Source: the human T2T-CHM13v2.0 reference genome, Homo sapiens. Taken from it: DNA of 64,000 bases. The notes below the pieces were generated by a model. It was not told where the DNA came from. It worked only from the letters and a program-made list of their open reading frames with translations, and ran no database searches. This document shows positions 29,071 through 46,228 of this stretch, one piece after another (within the stretch, counting starts at the first letter, position 1; each line of letters opens with the position of its first letter). The stretch lies in NCBI RefSeq assembly GCF_009914755.1, contig NC_060932.1; one strand, given 5' to 3'. A program made the translations under genes and the position numbers.

Positions 29071-29143
29071 CTTCTGGCCAAAACCTTAGCTCTTTTTGAT
29101 GAATCTTGTTCTCTTGTCCCTACATCTCACCATGATATTCAAA
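29071..29143 (+). repeat. 73-bp dispersed direct repeat, copy 2
   Basis: Matches 27689-27761. Confidence 0.93.
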
Positions 29144-29314
29144 AAAGTTAAAGTTAACTTAAAAAAAAAAGAGAAAGTAAAGTTAAGGAAATAACAAAAG
29201 GAGATGAAAATATGAATTAATATGTAAAAATAACAAGTATATTTTAGAGCATGTTTTTGAAAACTTAACAAGATAGAAAAACTACCAGCTAACTTAATTA
29301 AGAAATAAGGGAGA

Positions 29315-29601
29315 TGTAATCCCAGCACTTTGAGAGGCCGAGGCAGGCGGATTACGAGATCAGGAGATTGAGACCATCCTGGCTAACGTGGTGAAACCCC
29401 GTCTCTACTAAAAATACAAAAAAATTGGCTGGGCGTGTTGGCGGGTGCCTGTAGTCCCAGCTACGGGAGGCTGAGGCAGGAGAATGGCGTAAACCTAGGA
29501 GCCTGTAGTGAGCCGAGATTGCGCCACTGCACTCCAGCCTGGGCAACAGAGCAACACTCCATCTCAAAAATACATAAATAAATAAATAAATAAATAATAA
29601 A
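29315..29601 (+). mobile_element. 5'-truncated AluY
   Basis: Starts TGTAATCCCAGC; GAGACCATCCTGGCTAAC; perfect 15-bp TSD AAGAAATAAGGGAGA (29300-29314 / 29602-29616). Confidence 0.93.
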
Positions 29602-30644
29602 AAGAAATAAGGGAGAAAGGCAAATGTACCAAATAAACAAAAAAAAGTGATAGAAAAATATCACATTTCAATGAATTCAGTACTTCATTAAAACATAAGA
29701 AATATTATTAAACTATCATGAGACTAACTTGAAAAATATTATGAATATAAATTTGAAAACCTAGATAAAATAAAAAATCCTCAGGAAATTTTTACCTACC
29801 AAATTATACTTGAAATAGAAAATTAAAAATCTTAGTTTCTTTACAAGAATTTGAGAAATTTGCCAAAGAGATATGCCCCCATTAACAGAAAAAGAAAAAA
29901 ATAAGAGAAAAACAAAAGCAAAAAAAAAAAAAAACTCAAAAAAAACCCTAGAACACTAGATCCAGAAGTTTTCAAGAAAAAATTTCACAATAGTTTCTAA
30001 GACTAAATGATTTCAATGCTACCTTAACTATTAGAAAGAATATATTCAAATTTTTATTAGGAAGCCAGTAAAACACTTCTATTTAAATTCAATAAAGCTT
30101 GCACAATTAAAAAAAAACTAAAGGGTAATTTTCTGTCATAGTTACATGCACAAAATTTGGAAATAAAATACAGAATACATATTTTTAAAAACTTCCATGA
30201 CCACAGTAATGTAATATCTCTGAGAAAAATTATATAATTGTCTATTAAGCTATTGAAAAAGTCTTTGAAAAAACCAACACTTATTTCTGATTAAAACAAA
30301 TAAAATATAAATCAATGGCTCTTCCTTAACATGATAAAAATGTACATAACTCAGATTAAAATCCAGAATTTTACCTAATGGAAAAAAACTGTAGGCTTTT
30401 CTAAGGAAATGTTGCTCACAATTTTTACTACTATTTAACTATGTATTAAAGATATTATGAAGTAGATTCAGTCTTTTAAAATAGTATTAGAAGCATAAGT
30501 CTTAAAAGGAGAAAAGGGTAAAGTTATTTCTAATTGCAGATGTGCCTGTAATTATATGCCTGGAAAACCCAAGATAATCAATAATAAATGTAATACAAAC
30601 AAATGAAAAAATCCAGAAAAAAAGGATACAAAATTAACATAGAA

Positions 30645-30966
<322 letters not shown>

Positions 30967-31574
30967 TTAGAAGACATAATGGAGGAGAAAATCTGATTTG
31001 TAATATCAGAAAAATAAAATTAACTACCAAATAATAAACTTCATAAACCTAACCAGAAATATGCAAAACTCATACAATGAAAACTTTGATACAATTCATA
31101 GTCAAAAAAAGTGAACTTCAGTAAATGAGAAGACATTTTATGTTATTAGAAATAGAATCTCTCAACATCGTAGACATATAAATTATTCTTGCATTAATAT
31201 ATAAATTTAACATTATTTCAATAAATATACCAAGATTACTTTTCCTCCAGAGATAGGCAAATTCATTATAAATTTTATGTAGAAAATAAACAAGAATAGT
31301 AACAAACTAATTAACCAAAAAAAGACAGTAAAACGTATTAAAGTATTCAGCCCTATTATTGTATCCAGCCTTATATTAAAATATACTAAGAAGTATCTAT
31401 AATTAACATAGTATATTATTGGCTCTTGAATGGAGAGTAAGTTAGTAGAAAAGGATATGAAGCCCAGAAATTGATGCAAGGATATAAGCAAACTGGGTAT
31501 ATGCTAACAATGGCATGTTAAAAAAATAGGTGGTATTAGAACAACTCAATAATCATTGGGAAAAAGATAAATCA

Positions 31575-32139
31575 GTGTGGCAATTCCTCAAGGAATTAGA
31601 ACCAGAAATACCATTTGACCCAGCAATCCCATTACTTGGTATATACCCAAAGGATTTTAAATCATTCTACTATAAACACACATGCACATGTATGTTTATT
31701 GCAGCACTGTTCACAATAGCAAAGACTTCGAACCAATTCAAATGCCCATCAATGATAGACTGGATAAAGAAATGTGGCACATATATACCATGGAATACTA
31801 TGCAGCCATAAAAAAGGATGAATTCATGTCTTTTGCAGGGACATGGATGAAGCTGGAAACCATCATTCTCAGCAAACTGACACAGGAACAGAAGACTAAA
31901 CACTGAATGTTCTCACTCATAAGTGGGAGTTGAACAATGAGAAAACATGGACACAGGGAGGGGAACATCACACACCATGGCTTGTTGAGGGGTGGGAGAC
32001 TAGGGGAGGGATAGCGTTAGGAGAAATACCTAATGTAGATGACGGGTTGATGGGTGAAGCAAACCACCATGGCATGTGTATACTTATGTAACAAACCTGC
32101 ACGTTCTGCCCATGTATCCTAGAACTTAAAGTATATAAC
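31575..32139 (+). mobile_element. L1PA7/8-like 3' end
   Basis: ORF2 C-terminus ([14 protein letters not shown]); 3'UTR GTAGATGACGGGTTGATGGG; 14-bp TSD AAAAAGATAAATCA (31561-31574 / 32140-32153). Confidence 0.9.
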
Positions 32140-32470
32140 AAAAAGATAAATCACAATGCATGCCTCCCAATATACATTATAATAAATTTGAAATGGATCT
32201 AACACTTAAGAAAAAGATTGAGTTCATATAAGTATTAGAGGAAAACTTGGGCCAATTTCTTTAAAACTTCAGAGTGGCAAAAGTTTGTTTTCACCATGAC
32301 TCAAACTCCAGAAACAATGAAGTATTGATATATTTTATTGCTTAATAACTAAACAGAAACCAGAAACTTCTTCCCGGCCAAAAAATAATAATAATCAAGA
32401 GAATAAGAAAGACAGATCAGAAGAAAATATTTGAAATGCATGTCACGTTAACATTTATGATCTAATAATC

Positions 32471-32750
32471 TTTTTGTTTGTTTGTTTTTGTTAGACAGAG
32501 TCTCCCTCCGTCGCCCCGGCTGGAGTGCAGTGGAGCGATCTCAGGGCACACTGCAACCTTCACCTCCCAGGTTCAAGTGATTCTCCTGCCTCAGCCTCCT
32601 GAGTAGCAGGGATTACAGGCCCACACCACCACGCCCAGCTAATTTTTGTATTTTTTAGTAGAGACAGGGTTTCTCCATATTGGCCAGGCTGGTCTCAAAC
32701 TCCTGATATCAGGTGATCCACCTGCCTCGGCCTCCCAAAGTCTGAGGATT
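32471..32750 (-). mobile_element. AluS
   Basis: (TTTG)n tail then reverse Alu. Confidence 0.9.
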
Positions 32751-32799
32751 CAATAATCTTAATATTTAAGGAACCTATAAAAATCAAGAGTGAAGAGCG

Positions 32800-35785
32800 A
32801 ATCCACTTCCAGAATAGCAGAAAAGGAGCACAATAAAACAACTCTTTAACTACAGAAAATTATTTTTAAACAATTGTTTAAAATGGAATTTAAATTAAAT
32901 TTTAATTAAATTTTTAATTTGGAAATTGTCCTAAGAGCATACAACAAATGGAGACACATTTAATATTAAGGAAATTCTACTAAATTTCAACAAGAACAGC
33001 AAGAGGGTAGCATGAGAGCCACTATCCACTCCTCCCAGCCACTTCAAGCTGCATCTTACAGAAATGATTCCAGATGCTCTATTCTGAGCAGATGTGGCCA
33101 AGAAGATGAGTGTTTCCCCCCCCCCCCACCTCCTAGTCTAGAGCTACAATTTCATCCCAGGAAAAGTAATCTGTTCTTTTTCCTCTGCCCCACTCTCATG
33201 TTGGAAAGGTTCTCTGGCTAGCGTGTGTGGCCAAAATAATTAGTGTTCTTTTCAGTTCAACCTCTACTAATAGGATGAAAGCTCTAATCCAGGTACAGAC
33301 AACTGAGCATACTGGACCCTTTTCATGCCCTCCTCAGCTTCTTCGTAAGACTGTTGATGGTAGGGGCAAGCCAAGACTACCAGGGACTACCACAACCCCA
33401 TCTCTCTACCTTATAGAACAAGTGTCATTCTGGAAAAAAGCAGGACACTGCCCTCACCCAGTGCACTGATGGAAAGTCTTGTAAGGAAGAAGAAGCAGGC
33501 ATTAAAGAGAAGAGTTCTTCAGCTTTACCTGAAAAAACTAAATTTATTTGGAATAGAACTTAGAGAATCCGATGCCTAAAGGCATTGTCAAAAACAACGG
33601 TGTTCTTGGCTGGAAAATATTAAGAAGCTCTCATAATTCCACGATACTGGTGGCAACAAGCAAAAAATGGAACAGCAGCCAGTTTAACAGAGAGAGCCAG
33701 GTTACAAAGACAGCTAAGAAGAGCCCCCATGGGATCACAGTCAACCCTGGAGGATGAGAAGTCTGTATGCTTCTGCTACGCTGTCTCCACTCAGAAACAA
33801 TTACAACAGTATGTGAAGCAGTATTGAAAACTTCCCAAGCTGCACACAGATTCATTGAAAAGGGCAGAAGCCTCATTAATACTAGAGTCTGAGGCACAAC
33901 CTATGACCGAACACTGGCTGAACAATAAGCTACTCTGACCAAGTGACAAATCCTATGAAGCTTAGACATAAAAAGAAAATCACACATTCCTGCTGGTATG
34001 GAATAATGTGTGCATGTCCAAGGCTTCACACTCTAATAATCAAAGACAAAAAATGCAAGCTACTATTCCCTGGTAGAACTAGTGGACCAAACACATAAAC
34101 TCCTTGAACTGTGATAGCAACCTTGGAAGTATATACATATTCAATAATAAATGATAAGTATCTGTCTGGCCATGTTGGTTTAAGTAGTCTTTGACCATTT
34201 ATTAATGGCTTATGCTGATCCAGAGTTTACTGCTAGGTCATCATTCTAAAAGATACAAACAAGAAAAAAATTGTGCAGGGACACAGAGACTATACACAAT
34301 GAGGGAAATAGACTTCAGAGACTAAGTTCAGCCAGATAACTGATAAATAAATGAAAAAGCAAACAACAAAAATACCAGCACCCCAAGGGAATCGGTATCC
34401 AGAGTAGCTAAAATATATTATTGCAAATGTCCAATCGTCAACCAAAAAAAATTATAAGACATGAAAGGGTACAGAAAAGTATGACCCATACCCAGGGAAC
34501 AAACACAGGACCCGGAAAATGATTTTGAAGGGCTTTCAATGTTGGACTTAGCAGAAAAACACATCAAAGAAGCTATTATAAATATGTTCAAAGAACTAAG
34601 TAAATCACATCTCAAAAATTAAATAAATGTATAATGACAAAATCTAAACAAAGAATATTGATAATAAGATAGAAATATAAAAACAGAAATAATAATTCTG
34701 GAATTGAAAAGTATGAGCAATATGAAAAATTATTTAATGAAGCTCAAAATAGACCTGAGCTGGCAGAAAAAATAATCAGTGAATTAAAGATGGATGGAGA
34801 TTATGCAATTAGAAGAACAGAGGGAAAAATGCAATGAAGAAAAAGGCATAGACCCTCAAATAAATGTGAGATGCCATTAAGTACACCAACACCTACACTA
34901 GAAGGAGGAGAGAGAAAAAGACAGAAAAAAATTGAAGATATAATGCCTGAAAATTTCCCAAATTTGAAGAAAACATTACTCGATACAACTAAGAAGCTCA
35001 AGGAACTCCAAGTATGACAAACACAAAAAGATCCACATCTAGACACATTGTAGCCAAAATGTTAAAAGCCAAAAGATAAAGAGAAAATCTTGAAAACAGT
35101 AAGAAAAGTGACTCATCATACACAAAGGAAACCAAATAACATTAACAGCTGAATTCTCATCAGATATAATGGAAGGTAGAAGGCAGTGGGATGACATATT
35201 CAAAGTACTACAAGAAAAAGAAAACATCAACTAACAATCTTATAACTAGGAAAAATACCTATCAAAAATAAAGGTCAAGTAAGAACATTCCAAGATTAAA
35301 ACAATACTGAGGGCTGGGCGCGGTGGCTCACACCTGTAATCCCAGCAGTTTGGGAGGCTGAGGCAGGCAGATCATGAGGTCAGGAGTTTGAGACCAGCCT
35401 GACCAACATGGTGAAACCCTGTCTCTACTAAAAATACAAAAGTTAGCTGGGCATGGTGGCAAGCACCTGTAATCCCAGCTACTCAGGAGGCTGAGGCAGG
35501 AGAATCACTTGAACCTGGGAGGCAGAGGTTGCAGTGAGCCAAGATCGTCCCACTGCAGCCTGGGCAAGAAAGCAAGACTCCATCTCAAAAAAAAAAAAAA
35601 AATACTGAGACAACTTGTTGCTAGCAGAAATGCATACATTTGACAATAATAGGATAAAAGAGTTGAATGGAAACTGTATTGGAAGTGGGTGGAAAGCTGT
35701 GTTGAAGACAGACATGACACTAGATGGTAAATGGAATTCACAAGAAGGAATGAAGGGAATCAGAACTAGTAAATAAAAAAGTAAC
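32800..35785 (+). mobile_element. Old L1M 5'UTR and degenerate ORF1
   Basis: ATAAATATGTTCAAAGAACTAA, ATAATGCCTGAAAATTTCCCAAATTTGA, GGCAGTGGGATGACATATTCAAAGT are ORF1 remnants. Confidence 0.75.
35312..35601 (+). mobile_element. AluS (Sg/Sx-like)
   Basis: Full dimer; TSD AATACTGAG. Confidence 0.92.
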
Positions 35786-36260
35786 TGTATAAGTCAGGGC
35801 TCTCTAGAGGGACAGAACCTAATTGGATATATCTAATAGTATACATATATAAATATTTTATATATATATATATGTATATAAGTTTGTTAAGTATTAACTT
35901 ACACAATCACAAGATCCCACAATACTGGCTGTCTACAAGCTTGAGGAGCAAGGAGAGTCAGTCCGAGTCTCAAAACTGAAGAACTTGAAGTCCGATATTT
36001 GAGGGCAGGAAGCATCTGGCACGGGAGAAAAATGTAGGCTGGGATGCTAGACTGTTCTCACTTTTTAACGTTTTTCTGCCGGCTTTATATTCTCTGGAAG
36101 CTGATTAGTTGGTGCCCACCAGATTAAGGGTGGGTCTGCCTTCCCCAGTGCACTGACTCAAATGTGAATCTCCTTTGGCAACACTCTCACAGACACACCC
36201 AGGATCAACACTTTGCATCCTTCAATCCACTCAAGTTGATATTCAGTATTAACCATCACA
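35786..36260 (-). mobile_element. MLT2A (HERV-L) 3' LTR
   Basis: Reverse complement begins TGTGATGGTTAATACTGA and ends CCCTGACTTATACA; internal (TA)n; preceded on minus strand by polypurine tract GACAAGGGGTGGG. Confidence 0.9.
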
Positions 36261-39200
36261 AGCCCACCCCTTGTCAATTTGAACGCATACACATCTCCTG
36301 AGATCAAAATTAATCTTCAAATAAAGACAATAATAAGGTCATAATCACATCTAACATAATACAGCCATCCTTTGTACAACTGGAAATGTGCCAATCCCTT
36401 ACCCAAATACTATTACATAAAGTTAACAATACTTAAATGCTGATATGAAGTCAACACATCTTATGTCACATGATAAAGGAAAATAAAATTAAATGAACAA
36501 ATTTTCTTAGTATAAATGTATACATGCACAAGCATGTTTTTAACAAAAGAAGGAGGAAATACTCATGACAATTACAGTCCTTATCTCTGCACCTGGTCAC
36601 ATAGTGGTAGCTGGTATTGATGACTACCTTCTTCTACTATCCATTCTGTATTCCCATTGCCTTCAGCAAGCATCTCAGCAAGTCGTGGATTTTTTCCTGT
36701 TAGAGTGACCAAAACCTTCATTCCTGAGGGGTCTGGACCATTTGTAGTCCTGCCTGGATTGGGCTGTTATAGTTTCCCATTTACCTTAATCACAGGGTAT
36801 GGTAATACTAAGAGACACCCTAACGGATCTCCTGCATTTCTTGCATACTCTTCCTTACCTCCATTATGGAGTAGAAGACTGATTTCATCTTGATAGTCTG
36901 GGTCAATCACCACAGCCAAAACTGTAGTTCCCTTCTTAGCCTGTTGACTTAAAGGTAGGAGGAGCTCAAAGTGTCCAGGTGGCAATCTTAACTTCCAGTT
37001 TAATGCAATTATTGTTGTGTCTCTTGGTAGCAGCATTCTTCCCTCTGTAACTAAGACCTCTAGGACAGCAGAATGTAATGTCATGGGAACAGGAAGCAAA
37101 AATTTTGCTAGTGGCTCACTAGGGGTGATGATGAGAGGTGCCACTTCCACTCCTTGATTCCTGGACCCATGAATCCTGGCTATGGGAGAAACAGTGCCAT
37201 ATATTGGATGCTGATTCAGAGCATACTCGGCCTTCTGGAGAACTCTGCCGCAGCTTGCAAAGTATTGTCACCTAGCTGGCATTGTAATTCTGGCTTCAAA
37301 AGGCCATTTCTTCATTATATCAATCCAGCTGCTTCAGGATAATGGGGAATATGGAAATACCAGTGAATTCCATGAGCTTGAGCCCATGGATGCACTTTTT
37401 TAGCCATAAAGTGAGTGCCTTGGTCAGAGAATATGCTGTATGGAATACCATGACAGTGGATAAGGCATTCTGTGAGTACACAGATGGTAGTCTTGGCAGA
37501 AGCATTGCCTGCAGAATAGGAAAACCCATATCTAGAGTAAGTGTCTATTCCAGTGAGGACAAACCTCTGCTCTTTCCATGATGGAAGAGGTCCAATATAA
37601 TCAACCTGCCACCAGATAGCTGGCTGATCACCCCAAGGAATGGTGCCATATTGAGGGCTCAGTGTTGGTCTCTGCTACTGGCAAATTGGGCACTCAGCAG
37701 TGGCCATAGTCAGGTCAGCTTTGGTGAGTAGAAGTCCATGTTGCTGAACCCATGTGTAACCTCCATCCCTGCCACCATGGCCACTTTGTTCATAGGCCCA
37801 TTGGGTGATGACAGGAGTGGCTGGGGAAAGAGGCTGAATGGTGTCCACAGAATGAGTCATCCTATCCACTTGATTATTAAAATCCTCCTCTGCTGAGGTC
37901 ACCCATTGGTGAGCACTCACGTGGGATACAAATATCTTCATAATCTTGACCACTCAGAGAGGTCCATCCACATACCTCTTCTCCAAATTTCTTTGTCACC
38001 AATTTTCCAATCATGCTTCTTCCAAGTCCCTGACCATCCAGCCAAACCATTGGCTACAGCCAATGAATCAGTATGTAATTGCACATCTGGCTATTTCTTC
38101 TTCTATGTAAAGTGCACAACCAGGTGCACTGCCCACTGGGAAAATTTACCTTCACCGCTGTCCTTCAGGGATATCCTAGAAAGGGGCTGCAGTGCTGCAG
38201 CTGTCCACTTTCGGGTGGTGCCTGCATATCGTGCAGAACCATCTGTGAACCTAGCCTTCTCTTCCTCTGTCAACTGATCATAGGGAACTCTCGATGAGGC
38301 CATTGATACCTGATGGGGGAGAGGAGGCAGGGTGGCAGGAGTGGAGACCATGGGCATGTAAGCCACTTCCTCATGTAATTTACTTGTGCCTTCAGGACCT
38401 GCTGTTGTATATCATATATATATCACTGCCATTTGATGACGGAATGCTGCTGTGCACGACCCACTTTTGCCTAATGGGTTAGAAAGCACCTAGTTCATAA
38501 TAGGCAGTTCAAGTTGCATGGTGACTTGATGACCCCGAGTCAAACGTTCAGTTTCCACCAAAGCCCATCAACAGGCCAAGGGCTATCTCTCCAAAGGAGA
38601 GTAGTTATCTACAGAAGATGTGAGGGCCTTGCTCCAAAATCCTAGAGGCCTCCACTGTGATTCACCTATGGGGGCCTGCCAAAGGCTCCAAACAGCATCC
38701 CTATCTGCCACTGACACCTCAAGCACAATTGAATCTACAGGGTCATATGGCCCAAGTGGCAGAGCAGCCTGCACAGCAGCCTGGACCTATTGCACAGCCT
38801 TCTCCTGTTCTGAGCCCCACTCAAAACTGGCAGCCTTTCGGATCATTCAATAAATGGACTGGAGTAACACACCCAAATGAGGAATGTGTTGCCTCCAAAA
38901 TCCAAATAGGCCTACTAGGCATTGCGGCTCTTTCTTGGTTGTAGGAGAGGTCAAATGCAGCAACTTATCCTTCACCTTAGAAAGAATATCTTGACAGGCC
39001 CTACATCACTGGACCGCTAGAAATTCTACTGAAGTAGAAGATCCCTGAATCTTAGTTGAATTTATTTCCCATCCTCTGGCATGCACGTCTCACCAATAAG
39101 TCCAGTCTGTTTGCTACTTCTTGCTCACTGGATCCAATCAGCATAATGTCATCAATGTAAGGGACCAGCGTGATATCTTGTGGAAGCAAAAAGCAATCAG

Positions 39201-39564
39201 GGTCTCTCCAAATAAGATTATGACACAAAGCTGGAGAGTTGATATACCCCTGAGGTAGGACAGTAAAGGCATATTGCTGGCCTTGCCAGCTGAAGGCAAA
39301 TTGCTTCTGGTGGGCCTTATGGACAAGAATGGAGAAAAAGGCATTTGCCAAGTCAGTGGCTGCATACCAGGTACCAGGAGATGTGTTAATTTGCTCAAGC
39401 AGTGAAACCACATCTGGTACAGCAGCTACAATTGGAGTCACCACTTGGTTAAGCCTACAGTAATCCACTGACATTCTCCAAGATCCGTCTGTCTTCTGCA
39501 CAGGCCAAATGGGAGAGTTGAACAGTGATGTAGTGGGAATCACCACCCCTGCATCTTTCAAGTC
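36261..39564 (-). pseudogene. pol: HERV-L internal region: disrupted pol (RT, RNaseH, integrase) and dUTPase; gag and 5' LTR absent
   Basis: RT motifs [13 protein letters not shown] and YIDD (39148-39159); RNaseH FTDGS; IN zinc finger remnant (GHGG..CPIC); multiple stops and frameshifts. Confidence 0.93.
36767..37150 (-). pseudogene. dut: HERV-L dUTPase-like reading frame downstream of integrase
   Basis: LNWKLRLPPGHF..AKKG..VIDPDYQDEISLLLHN matches dUTPase motifs (GVIDxDYxGEI degraded to VVIDPDYQDEI). Confidence 0.85.
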
Positions 39565-39750
39565 AATGTCATAGGTTAAAAAAAAAAAAATGGGAGGGCC
39601 ATTATAGAATAAAAGTAACCAAAGAGATATAGAAACAAAATGCAATATGTAGACCTTAAAGGGATCTCATTCAAATAAAAGTAGCTTTAGAAAACATGTT
39701 TGGAAATATTAGAAGAAATTGAATAAAGACTATAAAACTATATATTAGTT

Positions 39751-40135
<385 letters not shown>

Positions 40136-40284
40136 AACTACATATTAGTTGATATCAGGGATTGTTCGTTTCCCTTGGTGTGATAATAAAATAGTGATTA
40201 TATATACCAATGTACTTATTTCTACAGATATGTGCTAAAATATTTAGAAGTGTCATATCTGAAAATTTCTTTAAAATATCTGCA

Positions 40285-40460
40285 GCCTGCTGTGGTGGTG
40301 CTTTCCTGTAATCCCAGCTACTCAGGAGGTTAAGGAGAGGGCATCATTTGAACGGAGTTTGAGGTTGCAGTGAGCTGAGTGCACCACTGCACTCCAGCCT
40401 GGGTGACAGAGGGAGACCCAAGACCCCATCTCTCAAAAAACAAAAAACAAAAACAAAAAA
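40285..40460 (+). mobile_element. Alu monomer (FRAM/AluJ right arm)
   Basis: Single arm with A-rich tail. Confidence 0.75.
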
Positions 40461-40519
40461 CGTTAAGCAAACACACAAACACAAAGAGAGCTAAAGCAAC
40501 TATAAAATATTAATTCTTA

Positions 40520-40829
<310 letters not shown>

Positions 40830-41918
40830 CTACTTGATGGGTATGTTGGTGTTCATTAAACTATTCTTTTGACTTTTGTCTATGTTTACCTTGTTATAAT
40901 AAAAATTGGAAAATATCTTTTTCATTCCTCAGCTTTTATGATAATAGTTTTCAAACAGGTATAAAACTTAACCTTATTAAGATACATGATATTAAAATAT
41001 ATTAGTAACTCTGCTTAATGTTTTAAAAATATTTCTGTTTAGAGAAATTATTGATAAATCAATATTTATGTTTTGAGATAATAATTTTTAGCTAAATATT
41101 GTTTCTGTTAAAAACTGCTGAACAGTAAATATCTGTAGGTGGTGGGATTTTGTGTTACTTATTTTCTGAATTTTCTGGTTATTTAATAAAATAATTATTA
41201 TCCTTTATTAGATATTCTCTCTGCGTTAAGCACCATGCTACATTTTTTACATATAATTCTCACAAAAACACGTGAACTATTAGAGGGATAGGATTGATGG
41301 GAGATGAGACAAACCAGGTGAAATTGTAAAAGGTTTGCATAAGCACTATGAGAAATGAGAGAGGGATATATTCAGGGATACACAACGGGATTTCCAAGTA
41401 TGGTTGAGAGCCTCGTTTAGGGTGGATCCATGGGTGATATCGTAAAATATAAGTCATCTACCTTCTGCAATAGTGGTATTTCTTCTCATTTCATAGCCCA
41501 TGTGGAGGAACAGAGAAGATAGATATATGGATGGGTCTAAGAGTGGGGTTGGCAGGGCAAATGCAATAAAAGGATAAGAACACATGAATTGATCATGCTG
41601 ACAAAAAGAGTGATTGAAGGTAATATACCACATGATTCAGAGAAGCAGTGAAGCCTTGGCTGGAAGGTGGTAGGTCATGGGCGAAGGGTTATGAGTATGT
41701 GGGAGTCATGCACAACAAAGCAACCTTTTTTTTTTATAGATAAGGACATTAACTGAAGTCAGAATCCACCCATTAGGACATTCTCAAATATACAAACTAT
41801 CCACTGCAGACAGTCAGAATTATAAAGGGATAAGACATCCACACTTTCAGTCTTACTAGGAAAAGAGAGCCTTTGTGTAAGAAGGTAGCTGAAACCTAAA
41901 GAATTGAAGATGTTTGAG

Positions 41919-43866
<1,948 letters not shown>

Positions 43867-46228
43867 AATTGAAGATGTTTGAGACAGAAGCTAGGGAGAG
43901 AAAGATGTGATGAGCTTCTCCCTTATAAGTACAGAAATGCATCTCGCTTCCAGATGCCCTTTAAGCTGAGAAATCAAGAACAATAGATCATGGATGAAGG
44001 ACATAAGACATTTGTGAAATATTTATATATATATATTTGGTATAGATGGTATGTTTATTACTGTCTTCTTTATTTGCCCCTAAAGATAGATTAGAGATAC
44101 AATTTTCAATAAAAATCAATACATGATATATTTAGGAGGTAGCAAAAAGGTAGATAGTTTTCAAATTTAGTTTTGTAGAGAGAAGAATCTTGAGAAACAG
44201 AGTAGGCAGTGGCTTCTTTGGAAAGGGAAAGGAGACAAGCTCACCTTTGTGTCTTATGAAAACTATGAAAAGTCAAGCCTGAGAAGTTGAGATTTGACAC
44301 TTGGGGATTAATAGGCTAAACTCTATCCATGCTGGCCACACATGATGTCAGTACACATGCCACTATTTATGATTTCTTTGAAAATGGAATTTCTACTTTT
44401 ATCTGTCTTTGTTCTTCTAATTGAAGATTATGTTAAGTGTATTTAATTATTGACAGTATGAATGAAAATCTGTGCCTAGCACTGGATCAGTTACAATAAG
44501 GAAGTCAAAGAGGCACAAGATATGGTGTCTTCTCAAAAGAAATCTACAAGTTAAATGTAGAGAGAAGACTTGAACTCAGGAACCAAATGAAGAGATGGTG
44601 TGAACAGATGTTTGAGTTTACTTAGAACCAATCAGTAATGGAGGAAACAACCCTTGTAGTTGGAAAAGTTTTATAGGATGAGCCTTAAAGTGCATTTTGA
44701 ATGAAGTGCAAAATTTATTGGTAGGTGTTGGGGGCAATCACTGGTTCAGAAAACAGTAATATGGTAAAAATGTGCATGGTTTCTATGTGTGTATGTGTGA
44801 GGTGGGGTCAAGAAAGAGAGAATATTTATGAATTTAACAGCCAAATCTAAGTAAAGATTCCACTGAGGTTTAAAAATATTTACTAAATGCCTAAATAAAA
44901 GACACTTAATTATATGTTAAAACAGAAGAAGAATGATTCCGAGTAGAAGATATTTGTTAAGAGCATGGTTAGAAAGCTGGTTAATCAAGGCTAGAAATGG
45001 CCATGGCAATTACTAATCAGTATAAAGAAATATTCAAAATTCCGGATGCCCTATAAGACACATGGAAATGTCTGGAGTTTTCCAAAGTGAAGAATTAAAA
45101 CATTGTGAAATTGTGCCATAGTCATAATTTCATTGGTATTCTTTAGCTATCTCTAAACCTCTTAGTCTTCATTTTCTTTACTTTGACATGGGCCAAAAGA
45201 CTGAGTGGCCTTCCATATCTGAACACACAGGTCTGCTTGCCTTGTCCTTCTTCACCTTCAACTGGACTGTGAGGTACTGACCACAAAAGGTTTCATCAAA
45301 TCGTTTAACATCTGTGGGCTTCATGTAGTGGATATGACATAATTAATCAATTAGCAACTTTTCACACACTAAGGCACCTCTTTCAAGTTTTATTCAAGCA
45401 GGAGATTGCTCCCTTTCTGCCAAATGGCAGGGGGCATGAAAGTACTTCCACCACTGAAGAGGGACACAGGCAAAGCCAGAGTATAAACATCAGAGGGACA
45501 GAGAGGAGGATTCACTCCCAGGGCATAGCTAAACAAGCATCATTTAGAGAATAGGCTATGAAGGAAATTAAGTTTTGAAACTTTTGATGATTTACTTTAT
45601 TTACTTTGAACAAGTGAATTTAAAGGATCTGAGATATTTTGTGAATTGTATTAACAGGGAAGCACTCATTCTCATACAGTCTGCATCAGATAGAAACGGA
45701 CAGATGAGAGGATTCAGAATATGATGTAAAACTAGAACAAGAACAGAGACTGCAGACCACTAGAATGGAGTAGTCAGGAAAGGCTCTTCGCTTCATCATA
45801 CATGAATTATCAGCATGCAGAGAAGAGAGTGGGAGTTAATAAAAAATCATACTTTATAATTTCTTACACTTAATTTTGTAAATATCTGTGCCATGTCAAC
45901 TGCTTAATGCAATGCATGCTCTTTGTACTAGAGGACAGCTTCAGTTACTAGTAACTAAACTTCTAATTTACACTGAGGTGTTGAGGTAAAGGACTCTTCT
46001 CAGTTTATTTACAAATAGATTTCCTTAACCAACAACTGCATTCGAAAGATTGTTGTTTATACCTGAACAAATACAAAGCATTCCTTAGAGAAAGTGCGTG
46101 GACCAAGGGTTAAAGCTATCAAGGTTTATGTGTTTGTTCAACAAGTATTTCTTCGGCCAATTTATTGAGATATATGAGCCACAGTGTGCTGGGAGCTGGA
46201 GCATGAAACCATACCTGGATATTTCCTT

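Noticed and set aside
39052-39645. Novel stand-alone reverse transcriptase (retron-like system)
   Set aside because: Clearly a HERV-L pol fragment; its N-terminal ~27 residues are read-in from flanking DNA.
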